From: Phallusia mammillata
Lineage: Eukaryota
NCBI GenBank assembly: GCA_965637545.1
Contig: OZ281501.1
Location: forward strand, 8,990,001-9,054,000
Length of the DNA: 64,000 nucleotides
Direction of reading: 5' to 3'
Under the pieces are notes generated by a model. That model ran no database searches. It was not told where the DNA came from and saw only the letters and a list, made by a program, of their open reading frames with translations. Position numbers and translations under genes: made by a program. This document shows positions 1 to 12,300 of this stretch, piece by piece; within the stretch, counting starts at the first letter, position 1, and each line of letters starts with the position of its first letter.

Positions 1-39
1 TTATGCACGGGGACGCATTATGCACGGAAAATTACGGTA
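1..39. mobile_element. Right terminal inverted repeat of a probable Tc1/mariner-pogo-type MITE, truncated by the window edge
   Basis: The reverse complement reads TA-CCGTAATTTTCCGTGCATAATGCGTCCCCGTGCATAA, a TA-flanked CCGTA-type terminus with an internal repeated TGCACGG motif. The other end is not in the window. Confidence 0.4.
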
Positions 40-332
40 CTAATCTTTCAAATCCTCGATCAACTTTCTAAAATATAATCCTTTTTTTTCATTTCATCAT
101 AAACATAACCAGTTCACGTTGTAAAACTACAGGTGATTTTTTTGTTAAAGTTTGTGCAGTGTGAAGGATTTCCTTGTTTGCATAAATTTATTGATTGTGT
201 GAGGAATCCAACTGGCATTGATTATTGATGTTCCAACACAATGATGTATTACCTTTTCTGTTGATTGTTATGCATTCAAAAAAGAATTGATATATTTGTG
301 TTTCTGAAAGTTTGCGGTTGCACTTAAAATAG

Positions 333-3300
333 GTTGTTAGCTGTGACAAGACTGGGTTAAGTTGTTACAATGACAAGCAAACTTCCTCACCTCCACTTTG
401 TTTGGATTATGAAATTCGCTTTTATTGTGCTTGTTATGGTAAGTTGCCGTGTTTTTGCTGATGCAACACATTATTACTACATTTACTTTTAGCAATAACA
501 ACAGAATATACTACTGCTTCATACACAACCTTATCAACTACTGCAGGTACTAATTGTAAATTGCCTAATTTTAAGTGTATTAAACTAATGTCATTAATTT
601 TAAATGTTTGTCACTGCAAAACAAAACACCTTTTACAAAATATGCTCTCCAAAAAAACAAAAAGATATTTTGCACACAATGTGGCTTGTGTTATGTCGGC
701 ACATTGAATCGATACCTAAATACATTACATTGGTGTGTTGATTTGATAAAAACTGAAATAACTGAGTGTTTCAGCCAACAGAACCCTTAATACTTTAAAT
801 ATTCACTATGGTATTTTACATAATTTTCATAATTAAGCAAACAAACAAAAACATAGTATTAACTAAACCAATGTAAAGTGAGCATTAAGTCAACCTAGAA
901 TGTTTTTATTGGACAAATATCATTGTTCATAAACTACTTTTAAGCATACCTTCTTTTGTTCAGTTTCCCATAATATAATTTTGTTTTCTATAAATGATTT
1001 GTTTAAATTGTGGTTCTGAGCCTTTTTTATTTAAAAAAACAAACAAATAAAACACAATGCGGGATAACAGCAAACAACATTTATGACATGTTTATGTAGA
1101 AATCTTACTGATTCTGGCTTATGATACACAATACAATAAACAATTACTGTTGTACATAATTATTCTTGGCAATAGATTGATTCGGTTGAATTGTGGTAGT
1201 ATTTGTATGCTACATTTCTAAACTTTTCTCAATAGTAAATTTCAAAGCACTGACTTTTTTTGCTCTTGTAGCTTTCATGGTAATTTTTTATGGTAGCTAC
1301 TTTCATGGCACAAGCCAATAACACGTTTAACACAAATTTTAAACTTATCTTTAAAAAGTGACAGAAAAAGTTTTGAAATGGCCAATTTGTGTTCGCACAT
1401 TTTTGTCTGATAATTAGCAGTTACTTTTTGAATGTATCAATGCAAATTGTGCACCATTTGTGGTATAACCTAGAAATTTAAAAAACTCTTTTCTTTATCA
1501 ACACCAGAAATTGTCTCTGCAACCACTGTGGAACCAACCACACCTGAAATCGCCTCAGCAACCACTGCGGGACAAACAACACCAGAAATTGTCTCCGCAA
1601 CCACTGTGGGACCAACAACACCTGAAATTGCCTCTGCAACCACTGCGGGACAAACAACACCAGAAATCGCCTCAGCAACCACTGCGGGACAAACAACACC
1701 AGAAATTGTCTCAGCAACCACTGTGGAACCAACAACACCAGAAATCGCCTCAGCAACCACTGCGGGACAAACAACACCAGAAATTGTCTCAGCAACCACT
1801 GTAGGACAAACAACACTTGAAATTGTCTCAGCAACCACTGTGGGACAAACAACACCTGACATTGTCTCAGCAACCACTGCAGGGCCAACATCACCTGAAA
1901 TTGTTTCATCATCCACTGCGGGACCAACAACACCAGAAACAACACCAGGTAAAACCGTTGTCTTTAAAATTATGTATTTTACCCAAAACTACTGAATGTT
2001 TTGTTTAGGTTCCTATTCTTGTGTTACTGGTTGGTCTGGTTGGTTTAACACGCATGTGAGCAATGCTGATGGTGATAAAGAAGGTCTTATCCTTCTCAAA
2101 GAACAAAACCTTGTTTGCAGGTATAGAATTTTTGTACGGCATGTATAGTTTCCATACACAAATGAATAAATCTGGGTTCTCGTTTACAATTTAAATCAGC
2201 TGACACTAGTACACAAAAAATGTTGATTTGCTAAGCCATACTATTTTAACACAACAAGTCACTTGGCAAGCTGCCTTCAAATTGTGGTCAACCCCTGAAC
2301 TAGAGAATTACCAAAGATATGCCACAACTGAAAGTAATCTGTTTTAGTCTTACAACCCTACAAACCATTTGATAAAAGTCATGAACATTTGATAAAAGTC
2401 ATGTTTGAAACTCACCAGGTGCCAATGTATTATATATCACCATTCATCATGTTTGCTCAGCTTAGTCCATATTTGGATTTGTACAGTTTGTTTGCTGCTA
2501 AGACTAATGGCATAACAATGGAAATATATTCAAAACTTTTTAGTGAACCTCTGATGATAGAATGTAGAACCATAGATGATATTGTTTACCATGCAACACA
2601 CCAAGCTGTTTCATGTGATCTCAAATCGGGTCTTGTTTGTCGAAATGAGGAAAATGATTCTCCCTGTTTTGATTACAAGATTAGGGTATTTTGTGTTTGT
2701 GAAGGTAAGCAGCATTACAGGTTTCATTTTAATGAAACAAAGTAAAGCCTAAACATTTTGGAAGATGGATTCCATAAATATTTCATGCACTAATCTTTTG
2801 TATAATTTGGGCAGTTTTTAAGGGACATTAATGTCTGGCTATAAGTTACCATGTGCCAAGTTTTGGAAATTTTGCCTTTTGCACATTAGATGGAAACAAA
2901 ACTACAACCAGCCCAGAAACAATTCAATCAACACCTGCCACAGCAACCAGCGAAGCAACATGCACTGATGGATTTACTGAATGGATGTCTTCCACAACAC
3001 CATCCCTCACATCTCAAGGAGACTTGGAGAATTTTATTGTACCCTACCAAAATAGATTTTAATTTGAAATTTTTTGTTCATTACTTTGTATTTGCAGAAT
3101 CTTCGATCAAGCTATGAGTTTTGTGATTTTCCCACAAAAATTGAATGTCGAGAAAAGGAAAGTCTGGTTTCGGTTACTGACACAACAAACTTGGGTGTCA
3201 CTTGTGACCTTTCTCATGGTCTGGTGTGCTTAAACAGCCTGCAGCCAACAAAACTCTGCTCTGACTTTGAGGTCAGAGTGTATTGTACCTGCAATGGTAA

Positions 3301-6300
3301 GTTTGTTATTAGTTGGTATTTTCTGGATGCCAATTGAACAACGAACCAGCTTAGTTTGCTTATATCAAATTGCAAATTAGAAAATACAACAAATATGTAC
3401 TGAATTATGTTTTAGCAACATCCTTAACCACAACAGCTAAAACCACCTCATTTCCTACCGGAAGTCCATCACCTTTGACCACAGCAGTAGTTACTAAATC
3501 TCCATCATGTGTTAAAACTGGTTGGACAGAATGGATGAGTGTTGATTCTCCACAGTTTGGTATGCTTCTTACAGTGTTTGACACACCTGTTTATAAAACT
3601 CATATTCAATTAACAGTGTGTTTTAGAGACATAAAATGGTAAAATTAAATACATATGGAGCACAGTGTTTAAAGTGCTGATAAAGTTAAATTGTTTATTT
3701 GTAATCCACCACTACTTACTGGCCTTAAAATGAGGTGAACAACCTTGCTGTTTGCTTTGTTGCAAAACATTTTGTATGTAGGGTCACCGGGCAATGACTT
3801 GGATACACTCGAAGTGCTTCGAGAAAAGTATTCATTTTGTACTGACTCCATGATTACTGACTTTGCATGTCGAATTGCGGATGATGAATACAACCACCAA
3901 CTTGTAGGTGGAAACAGTGAAAACTTTTCGTGTGACCAAAATGGTGTTTCTTGTTTACAAGAAGACCAGGTGGGTTGACATGTTTGTTTTATAGTTTGTG
4001 TGTTAAAGTTCGTGTGGTCTTTTGTTACAGCCTGCAGGCAGCTTCTGTTTTAACTTCGAAGTCCAGTTCTTCTGCCAGTGCAGAGCACTTTCCACACCAA
4101 GTTCTAGTAAGTGCCAGATACCTGGAAAATTGGTGCATAAAGTAGATTAAATAAGAAAAGGGATCATTTGATAACTTTCATAATAGGATAAAAGTATTTT
4201 GTACAGTATAACAACAAGATCTTAAACTTCTTAAATTATAAACACACACTAAAGTAATACATGTAAACCATACTTTTTGAAAAAAGTTTCCTTAATCTAC
4301 CTGTAGTTTAAGAGAAGGATAAGCACCACCTTAAAATCCATATGTAGTGAAATTAATAATTTTACTGAAAGTGTTGACCATTATAAAAATTGTATAGCCC
4401 CAACTCCATCACCAAGCACAACAACTGAAAGTTTAGTTTGCATTCCACGATGGACAAAATGGATCAACTCTGAAAAACCATCCAGATCCATTTACTCTGG
4501 TGACTTCCAGAGTTTGGACAACTTGGATGAAACATATGGATCAGAGTTCTGTTCAAGGTAATTGACATCAATCAACTTTATTTTGTGTGTGCACCAAATT
4601 GTTAACTTGCAACAAGTTTGGTCAGTTGTAACAAGTTTTTTGTTTCAAGGGAAATGATTTCTGATATTCAGTGTGTTTGTGCGCAATCTGGACAAGACTG
4701 GAAATATGCTGGTGATGAGATGCAGTGTGACTTGGAAAATGGATTAAAATGCCTCAACAGCAAACAGGTTTAGCATTAAATATATAAAATTTTAAAAACT
4801 TGCACAACAAAAAATTTTTATGGTTGAATCAAAACACCTGGTTTTACAGAAAAACTTCATGACTTGTTTTGATTACAAAGTGAGAGTTTACTGTGAGTGT
4901 GATCCAGCAAACCTCTCAACTATAGCCCAAGTAACAACCACTCCAGTGGTTACTACTAAAACAGTACCTGGTAAATATTATTTTTCTTTATGATAAAAAA
5001 CATCAAAAATAATATGTGTTAAATCATTCTATTGGTATTAAAAACATTTTTGTTCAGATTGTTTAAAAGTACTGGAAATGGGTTCCGCAGAGTTGGTGAA
5101 GATTACTGCATCTTCCACTGCTGCTAAAACAACTTTACGTAATGTTGATGTTAACTCCCAAGGTGGATGGGTTGCCAACCTCAACAACAAGTACTCAGTC
5201 CTGTACGGTTAACAAGTCTTTGGTAATTGACCATGTGTATTGCTTTAGGTACCAGTGGCTGACATTTGAACTGGATAGAATACATGAAATTGCTGGGATT
5301 AAAACAAAAGGCCACAGTCTGGGTATTGGTTGGGTTCGTCAATACACCCTTGGTTATAGTGATGATGGAGTTTACTTCCATCCCTACAAAAATCCCCAAA
5401 CAAATGAAGTTATAGTAAGAATATAAGAGTGTGTTGGGAACAGGATTTTGGGGTTAATGTTGACATTTTTAGGTATTTGATGCAAATGTGGATTCTGGCA
5501 CCGAAGTAATAAATCTGCTGCAAATGAACAACCTTATTTCAACAAAGTGGTTATGTATTCGCCCATCAGATTGGACTCTGTCTATTGCAATGAGAGCAAC
5601 AATCTTATTTTCATGCACTGGTAAGAATCTACCTTTTAAAGAAACACAAACACACACCTCAAACTTAAAGAGAACACTTAAAAATAGTGTATTTTACATT
5701 TCTTAGACAACCAGTTAACAACTGGACCTTTGTTTTCAACTACTGGTGAACGCACAACAGCGTTGGTAACTACATCTCCTTGCCAAGAAGGCTATCTTTG
5801 GAAGTCATGCGCATATAACTGTAGTAGACTTTGCCACAGCACTGCAGTACAGTATCCTGTATGTTCTTCTGATGCTGTTTATTGCATCGCTGCCTGTTTG
5901 CCACAAAATTTTACTGTAAGTTTTTTTATTTTTTTATTTAAGGTTTATAAATAGCAGCTGTATGTTGTATTGTGGTCTTACAGGCTTGTAAGTTGGGATG
6001 GAAGTTAGACAATGCTGGACGTTGTGTAAAGGCAGAAGATTGCCCATGTTACTCACCAAATGGAGTTCTGATTCCTCCAGGTAGTACTATAGTTGAAGAG
6101 GGCCAGGAATGTCTATGTTTTGGAAACACCCTAGAGTGTTCATCCGTTTCTACAACAATCAGCACTGTGGTAGGCAAATTTTCTTTTTTAGGTTTGTAAA
6201 ATTCTTTTAAAACTACAAAGTTTTGGGTACCTTTGTAAAAACAAATTTAAATCCACAAACAGTTCTAGTTTCATAAACATATATTGCAACATACCAATAT

Positions 6301-9300
6301 AATGTTTTAATTTTATGCCAGTAAGTTCTGCTTTTCTGATTTAATTACAAAAAAACAAGAACAGTGTCTTGTAGGCTGAAACAACTGCAACTACTGAAGC
6401 AGAGGTAACAACAATGTATGATGATTGTGTGTGGTGGGCCGACTGGCACAATATACGTTCACCAAGCAATGAAGCAGGTGATGATGAAGAGGGAGTTTCA
6501 GAACACACTGCAGTATCCGACTGCAAGTCACCTGTTGCAATTGAGTGCAGAGTTGCAGGATATGGTATTTCGTACCTTAGGTAAGTATTCTTTAATGTGT
6601 TGTTTCTTTTACCAGAGAAGTAGGCTAAAATAATTTGGTGTTTCTTTTTTGTTAGTATTGCATTGTCGTTGTGCTAAATTTCTCATAAGCTGGAGTTAAG
6701 TTGAACTTATGCATGTACAATGTATTCTATTGGCAGTTATCTGTTGTGTTTTTAATGTTTTAATATCACCATATTGTTTTTTTTAGATCTGGACAGAACG
6801 GTGTCCTTTGTGATCTCAAACATGGCCTGCAGTGCATTGGATTAAGGTTGTCAGGCAATATACCTAAGTGTTATGATTATGAAGTACGACTTGGATGTTA
6901 CAATGAGAGTTGCATTGTTACTACAGCTGCCACAACTCTTGGTGTCTCCAGCTCAACACCAGATGAAACCACGACAGCAAAAGTAGGCTGTAAAAGAAAT
7001 CTGCACATTTTTCATTTTTAACAAACTGATTGATTTACAGGTGACAACAGAACAAACAACTGAAACAATTAATCCATGCCCTAACTCTACAATTACCACC
7101 CCATGTCATGGATGTATGGTCAATGAATATTGCCACAATGGTGAATGCATCACAGTGGACAAATGCCCATGCATGATTGATGGAATAGCTCATGAGGCAT
7201 GTCATTTTTATGTCTATATTCTTTAATCTTTAGAACTTAAAATTAGTAAAGCTTGAGTCTTTTAGGTAATGTCCATACCAATTTTTTGACAAATGTTTTA
7301 CAGTTTTTGATTTTGATAGCTAGATTGAGTGATGACGTTGCCTTATTATTTATGTCTATTGTTATACCCTTACAAGTAAAGTACAAGTTAAGTACCAGCA
7401 CACATCAAATGAAAACTGCTACCTAACATTTTTCATTTTTAAACTACAAGTTTTGGCCCATATATTTTTACTCTGATAACGAAAAGAAAACTTTTTGAGT
7501 GTTTATTTCAGTGTTCAATTATTCGAAATATTGTGAAATTTATACAAGTGGGCTTTACAATCTCACTATTGTTTGGCCCATTCATTTCCTCACAACAATT
7601 TACCGTACCAGACTGGCATCTGCTGAAATGCACCTGCCAACCTTTCACTTCAGACAATCACTAGTATACTCATCATTAGGTCACCAAACAACAGAACTTT
7701 TTTTACTGATCTGGATTTCTTAAATACTGAAAAAATGTGCTTTTGTATGTTAAATCTAATTTGTTCTAAAAAAAATTTGTTTTTTAGGTCAACAGTATTT
7801 GGAAAAATTCTGCTCCATTATGCACCATATGTACCTGTTTTAACAATGTTGCACAGTGTGCACCACAGACATGTAACATCACTAGTGCAGACTGTTTATT
7901 TTCTGAAACATACAGCAAATCAGAAAATGAGTGTTGTGGCACGTGCAACTGTGCATGCATTGATGGAGAAAGAAGATGTGGATATGAAGGATGCGACTGT
8001 ATACCAAATGAATGGTGGTGTGATGGTTCGATAGACTGTCCAGATGGTTCTGATGAAAACCAGTGCTTTGAAACAACTCAACAACCAGTCAAAACAACCA
8101 AGATAACAGGGTGTGAAATTGATGGAGTGCATGTCGATGTTGGTGAGGAGTTAGTTAGTGACGTTTGCCACACAGCCGTTTGCATCAAAACCGGTGTGTT
8201 TGAGAAACGATATACTTGTCCCACGACCCAAAGCACCAAACCAATGGAAACAACCAAAGCCACCAAAACTACAACTGAAGAGCCTGGTTGCATGTACAAC
8301 GGCGTGCAGGTTGCTGTCGGAGTTGTTGTCGAAAACGGAACTTGTTACAAAGTTGTTTGCTATCACGACCGTGTTTTCAGGAAAGAGAGTACCTGCACAA
8401 CTCCACATAGTGTCAGTGACACAACTACACTTGGCACAACTGAAAATGTAGAAACAACCACTCGTGCTATTTCAGGCTGTTTGGTCGACGACGTGCTTCA
8501 TATGGATGTCGGAGCAGAAGTTGTTATCGACGCTTGCAACATTGCCATATGTATCAATGATGGTTTATACGAAATACGATACACGTGCAAAACACCGGAC
8601 ACCACTCCGATTACGGAAACGACCACCATTGAGAACGGATGCATCCACGACGGAGTACAGATTGCTGTTGGTGTTGTGATCGAGAATGGTACTTGTTACA
8701 AAGTGGTTTGCTACCACAACAATGTATTGAGAAACGAGACCACATGTACTACTCCACCTCAAACATCCACAGAACCGGATACAACGGCCATCACTGGTTG
8801 CGAAATCGATGGAGAGCATGTCGACGTTGGTGATGAGTTGGTTACTGACGATTGCCACACAGCCGTTTGTATTAAAAACGGTGTGTTCGAGATACGATAT
8901 ACTTGTCCCACGCCTGAAAGCACGAAACCAATGGAAACAACCAAAGCTACCGAAACTACAACTAAAGAGCCTGGTTGCATGTACAACGGCGTGCAGGTTG
9001 CTGTCGGAGTTGTTGTGGAAAACGGAACTTGTTACAAAGTTGTTTGCTATCACGACCGTGTTTTCAGGAAAGAGAGTACCTGCACAACTCCACATAGTGT
9101 CAGTGACACATCTACACTTGGCACAACTGAAACTGTAGAAACAACCACTCGTGCTATTTCAGGCTGTTTGGTCGACGGCGTGCTTCATATGGATGTCGGA
9201 GCAGAAGTTGTTATCGACGCTTGCAACATTGCCATATGTATCAATGATGGTTTATACGAAATACGATACACGTGCAAAACACCAGACACCACTCCGATTA

Positions 9301-12300
9301 CGGAAACGACCACCATTGAGAACGGATGTATCCACGACGGAGTACAGATTGCTGTTGGTGTTGTGATCGAGAATGGTACATGTTATAAAGTGGTTTGCTA
9401 CCACAACAATGTATTGAGAAACGAGACCACATGTACTACTCCACATCCGGGAACATCCACAGAATCGACTCCAACGGCCATCACTGGTTGCGAAATCGAT
9501 GGAGAACATGTCGACGTTGGTGATGAGTTGGTTACTGACGATTGCCACACAGCCGTTTGTATTAAAAACGGTGTGTTCGAGATACGATATACTTGTCCCA
9601 CGCCTGAAAGCACGAAACCAATGGAAACAACCAAAGCTACCGAAACTACAACTAAAGAGCCTGGTTGCATGTACAACGGCGTGCAGGTTGCTGTCGGAGT
9701 TGTTGTGGAAAACGGAACTTGTTACAAAGTTGTTTGCTATCACGACCGTGTTTTCAGGAAAGAGAGTACCTGCACAACTCCACATAGTGTCAGTGACACA
9801 ACTACACTTGGCACAACTGAAACTGTAGAAACAACCACTCGTGCTATTTCAGGCTGTTTGGTCGACGGCGTGCTTCATATGGATGTCGGAGCAGAAGTTG
9901 TTATCGACGCTTGCAACATTGCCATATGTATCAATGATGGTTTATACGAAATACGATACACGTGCAAAACACCAGACACCACTCCGATTACGGAAACGAC
10001 CACCATTGAGAACGGATGTATCCACGACGGAGTACAGATTGCTGTTGGTGTTGTGATCGAGAATGGTACATGTTATAAAGTGGTTTGCTACCACAACAAT
10101 GTATTGAGAAACGAGACCACATGTACTACTCCACATCCGGGAACATCCACAGAATCGACTCCAACGGCCATCACTGGTTGCGAAATCGATGGAGAACATG
10201 TCGACGTTGGTGATGAGTTGGTTACTGACGATTGCCACACAGCCGTTTGTATTAAAAACGGTGTGTTCGAGATACGATATACTTGTCCCACGACCGAAAT
10301 CACCAAACCCAATGAAACAACCGAAGCCACTGAAACTACAACTAAAGAGCCTGGTTGCATGTACAACGGCGTGCAGGTTGCTGTCGGAGTTGTTGTGGAA
10401 AACGGAACTTGTTACAAAGTTGTTTGCTATCACGACCGTGTTTTCAGGAAAGAGAGTACCTGCACAACTCCACATAGTGTCAGTGACACAACTACACTTG
10501 GCACAACTGAAACTGTAGAAACAACCACTCGTGCTATTTCAGGCTGTTTGGTCGACGGCGTGCTTCATATGGATGTCGGAGCAGAAGTTGTTATCGACGC
10601 TTGCAACATTGCCATATGTATCAATGATGGTTTATACGAAATACGATACACGTGCAAAACACCAGACACCACTCCGATTACGGAAACGACCACCATTGAG
10701 AACGGATGCATCCACGACGGAGTACAGATTGCTGTTGGTGTTGTGATCGAGAATGGTACATGTTATAAAGTGGTTTGCTACCACAACAATGTATTGAGAA
10801 ACGAGACCACATGTACTACTCCACATCCGGGAACATCCACAGAATCGACTCCAACGGCCATCACTGGTTGCGAAATCGATGGAGAGCATGTCGACGTTGG
10901 TGATGAGTTGGTTACTGACGATTGCCACACAGCCGTTTGTATTAAAAACGGTGTGTTCGAGATACGATATACTTGTCCCACGCCTGAAAGCACGAAACCA
11001 ATCGAAACAACCAAAGCTACCGAAACTACAACTAAAGAGCCTGGTTGCATGTACAACGGCGTCCAGGTTGCTGTCGGAGTTGTTGTCGAAAACGGAACTT
11101 GTTACAAAGTTGTTTGCTATCACGACCGTGTTTTCAGGAAAGAGAGTACCTGCACAACTCCACATAGTGTCAGTGACACAACTACACTTGGCACAACTGA
11201 AACTGTAGAAACAACCACTCGTGCTATTTCAGGCTGTTTGGTCGACGGCGTGCTTCATATGGATGTCGGAGCAGAAGTTGTTATCGACGCTTGCAACGTT
11301 GCCATATGTATCAATGATGGTTTATACGAAATACGATACACGTGCAAAACACCAGACACCACTCCGATTACGGAAACGACCACCATTGAGAACGGATGTA
11401 TCCACGACGGAGTACAGATTGCTGTTGGTGTTGTGATCGAGAATGGTACATGTTATAAAGTGGTTTGCTACCACAACAATGTATTGAGAAACGAGACCAC
11501 ATGTACTACTCCACATCCGGGAACATCCACAGAATCGACTCCAACGGCCATCACTGGTTGCGAAATCGATGGAGAACATGTCGACGTTGGTGATGAGTTG
11601 GTTACTGACGATTGCCACACAGCCGTTTGTATTAAAAACGGTGTGTTCGAGATACGATATACTTGTCCCACGACCCAAAGCACCAAACCAATGGAAACAA
11701 CCAAAGCTACCGAAACTACAACTAAAGAGCCTGGTTGCATGTACAACGGCGTCCAGGTTGCTGTCGGAGTTGTTGTGGAAAACGGAACTTGTTACAAAGT
11801 TGTTTGCTATCACGACCGTGTTTTCAGGAAAGAGAGTACCTGCACAACTCCGCATAGTGACACAACTACACTTGGCACAACTGAAACTGTAGAAACAACC
11901 ACTCGTGCTATTTCAGGCTGTTTGGTCGACGGCGTGCTTCATATGGATGTCGGAGCAGAAGTTGTTATCGACGCTTGCAACATTGCCATATGTATCAATG
12001 ATGGTTTATACGAAATACGATACACGTGCAAAACACCAGACACCACTCCGATTACGGAAACGACCACCATTGAGAACGGATGCATCCACGACGGAGTACA
12101 GATTGCTGTTGGTGTTGTGATCGAGAATGGTACATGTTATAAAGTGGTTTGCTACCACAACAATGTATTGAGAAACGAGACCACATGTACTACTCCACAT
12201 CCGGGAACATCCACAGAATCGACTCCAACGGCCATCACTGGTTGCGAAATCGATGGAGAGCATGTCGACGTTGGTGATGAGTTGGTTACTGACGATTGCC

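Larger units (their letters stand above)
333..6905 (+). other. Six CysD (Mucin2_WxxW) domains within the mucin; the first is only its C-terminal half
   Basis: Spliced translations: [28 protein letters not shown] (333-438); [31 protein letters not shown] (2009-2704); [18 protein letters not shown] (2950-3296); [18 protein letters not shown] (3500-4080); [18 protein letters not shown] (4430-4900); [16 protein letters not shown] (6420-6905). Confidence 0.88.

Noticed and set aside
130-250. Possible decayed CysD exon (..RNPTGIDY*CSNT..) upstream of exon 333
   Set aside because: The resemblance to P..IEC.C is suggestive and could reflect CpG decay, but it has stops and no clean splice sites; the true upstream exon may lie outside the window.
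1470-1945. Minus-strand Val/Cys-rich and Leu/Gln-rich ORFs and the plus-strand Gln-rich ORF
   Set aside because: These are alternative readings of the 39-bp PTS repeat.
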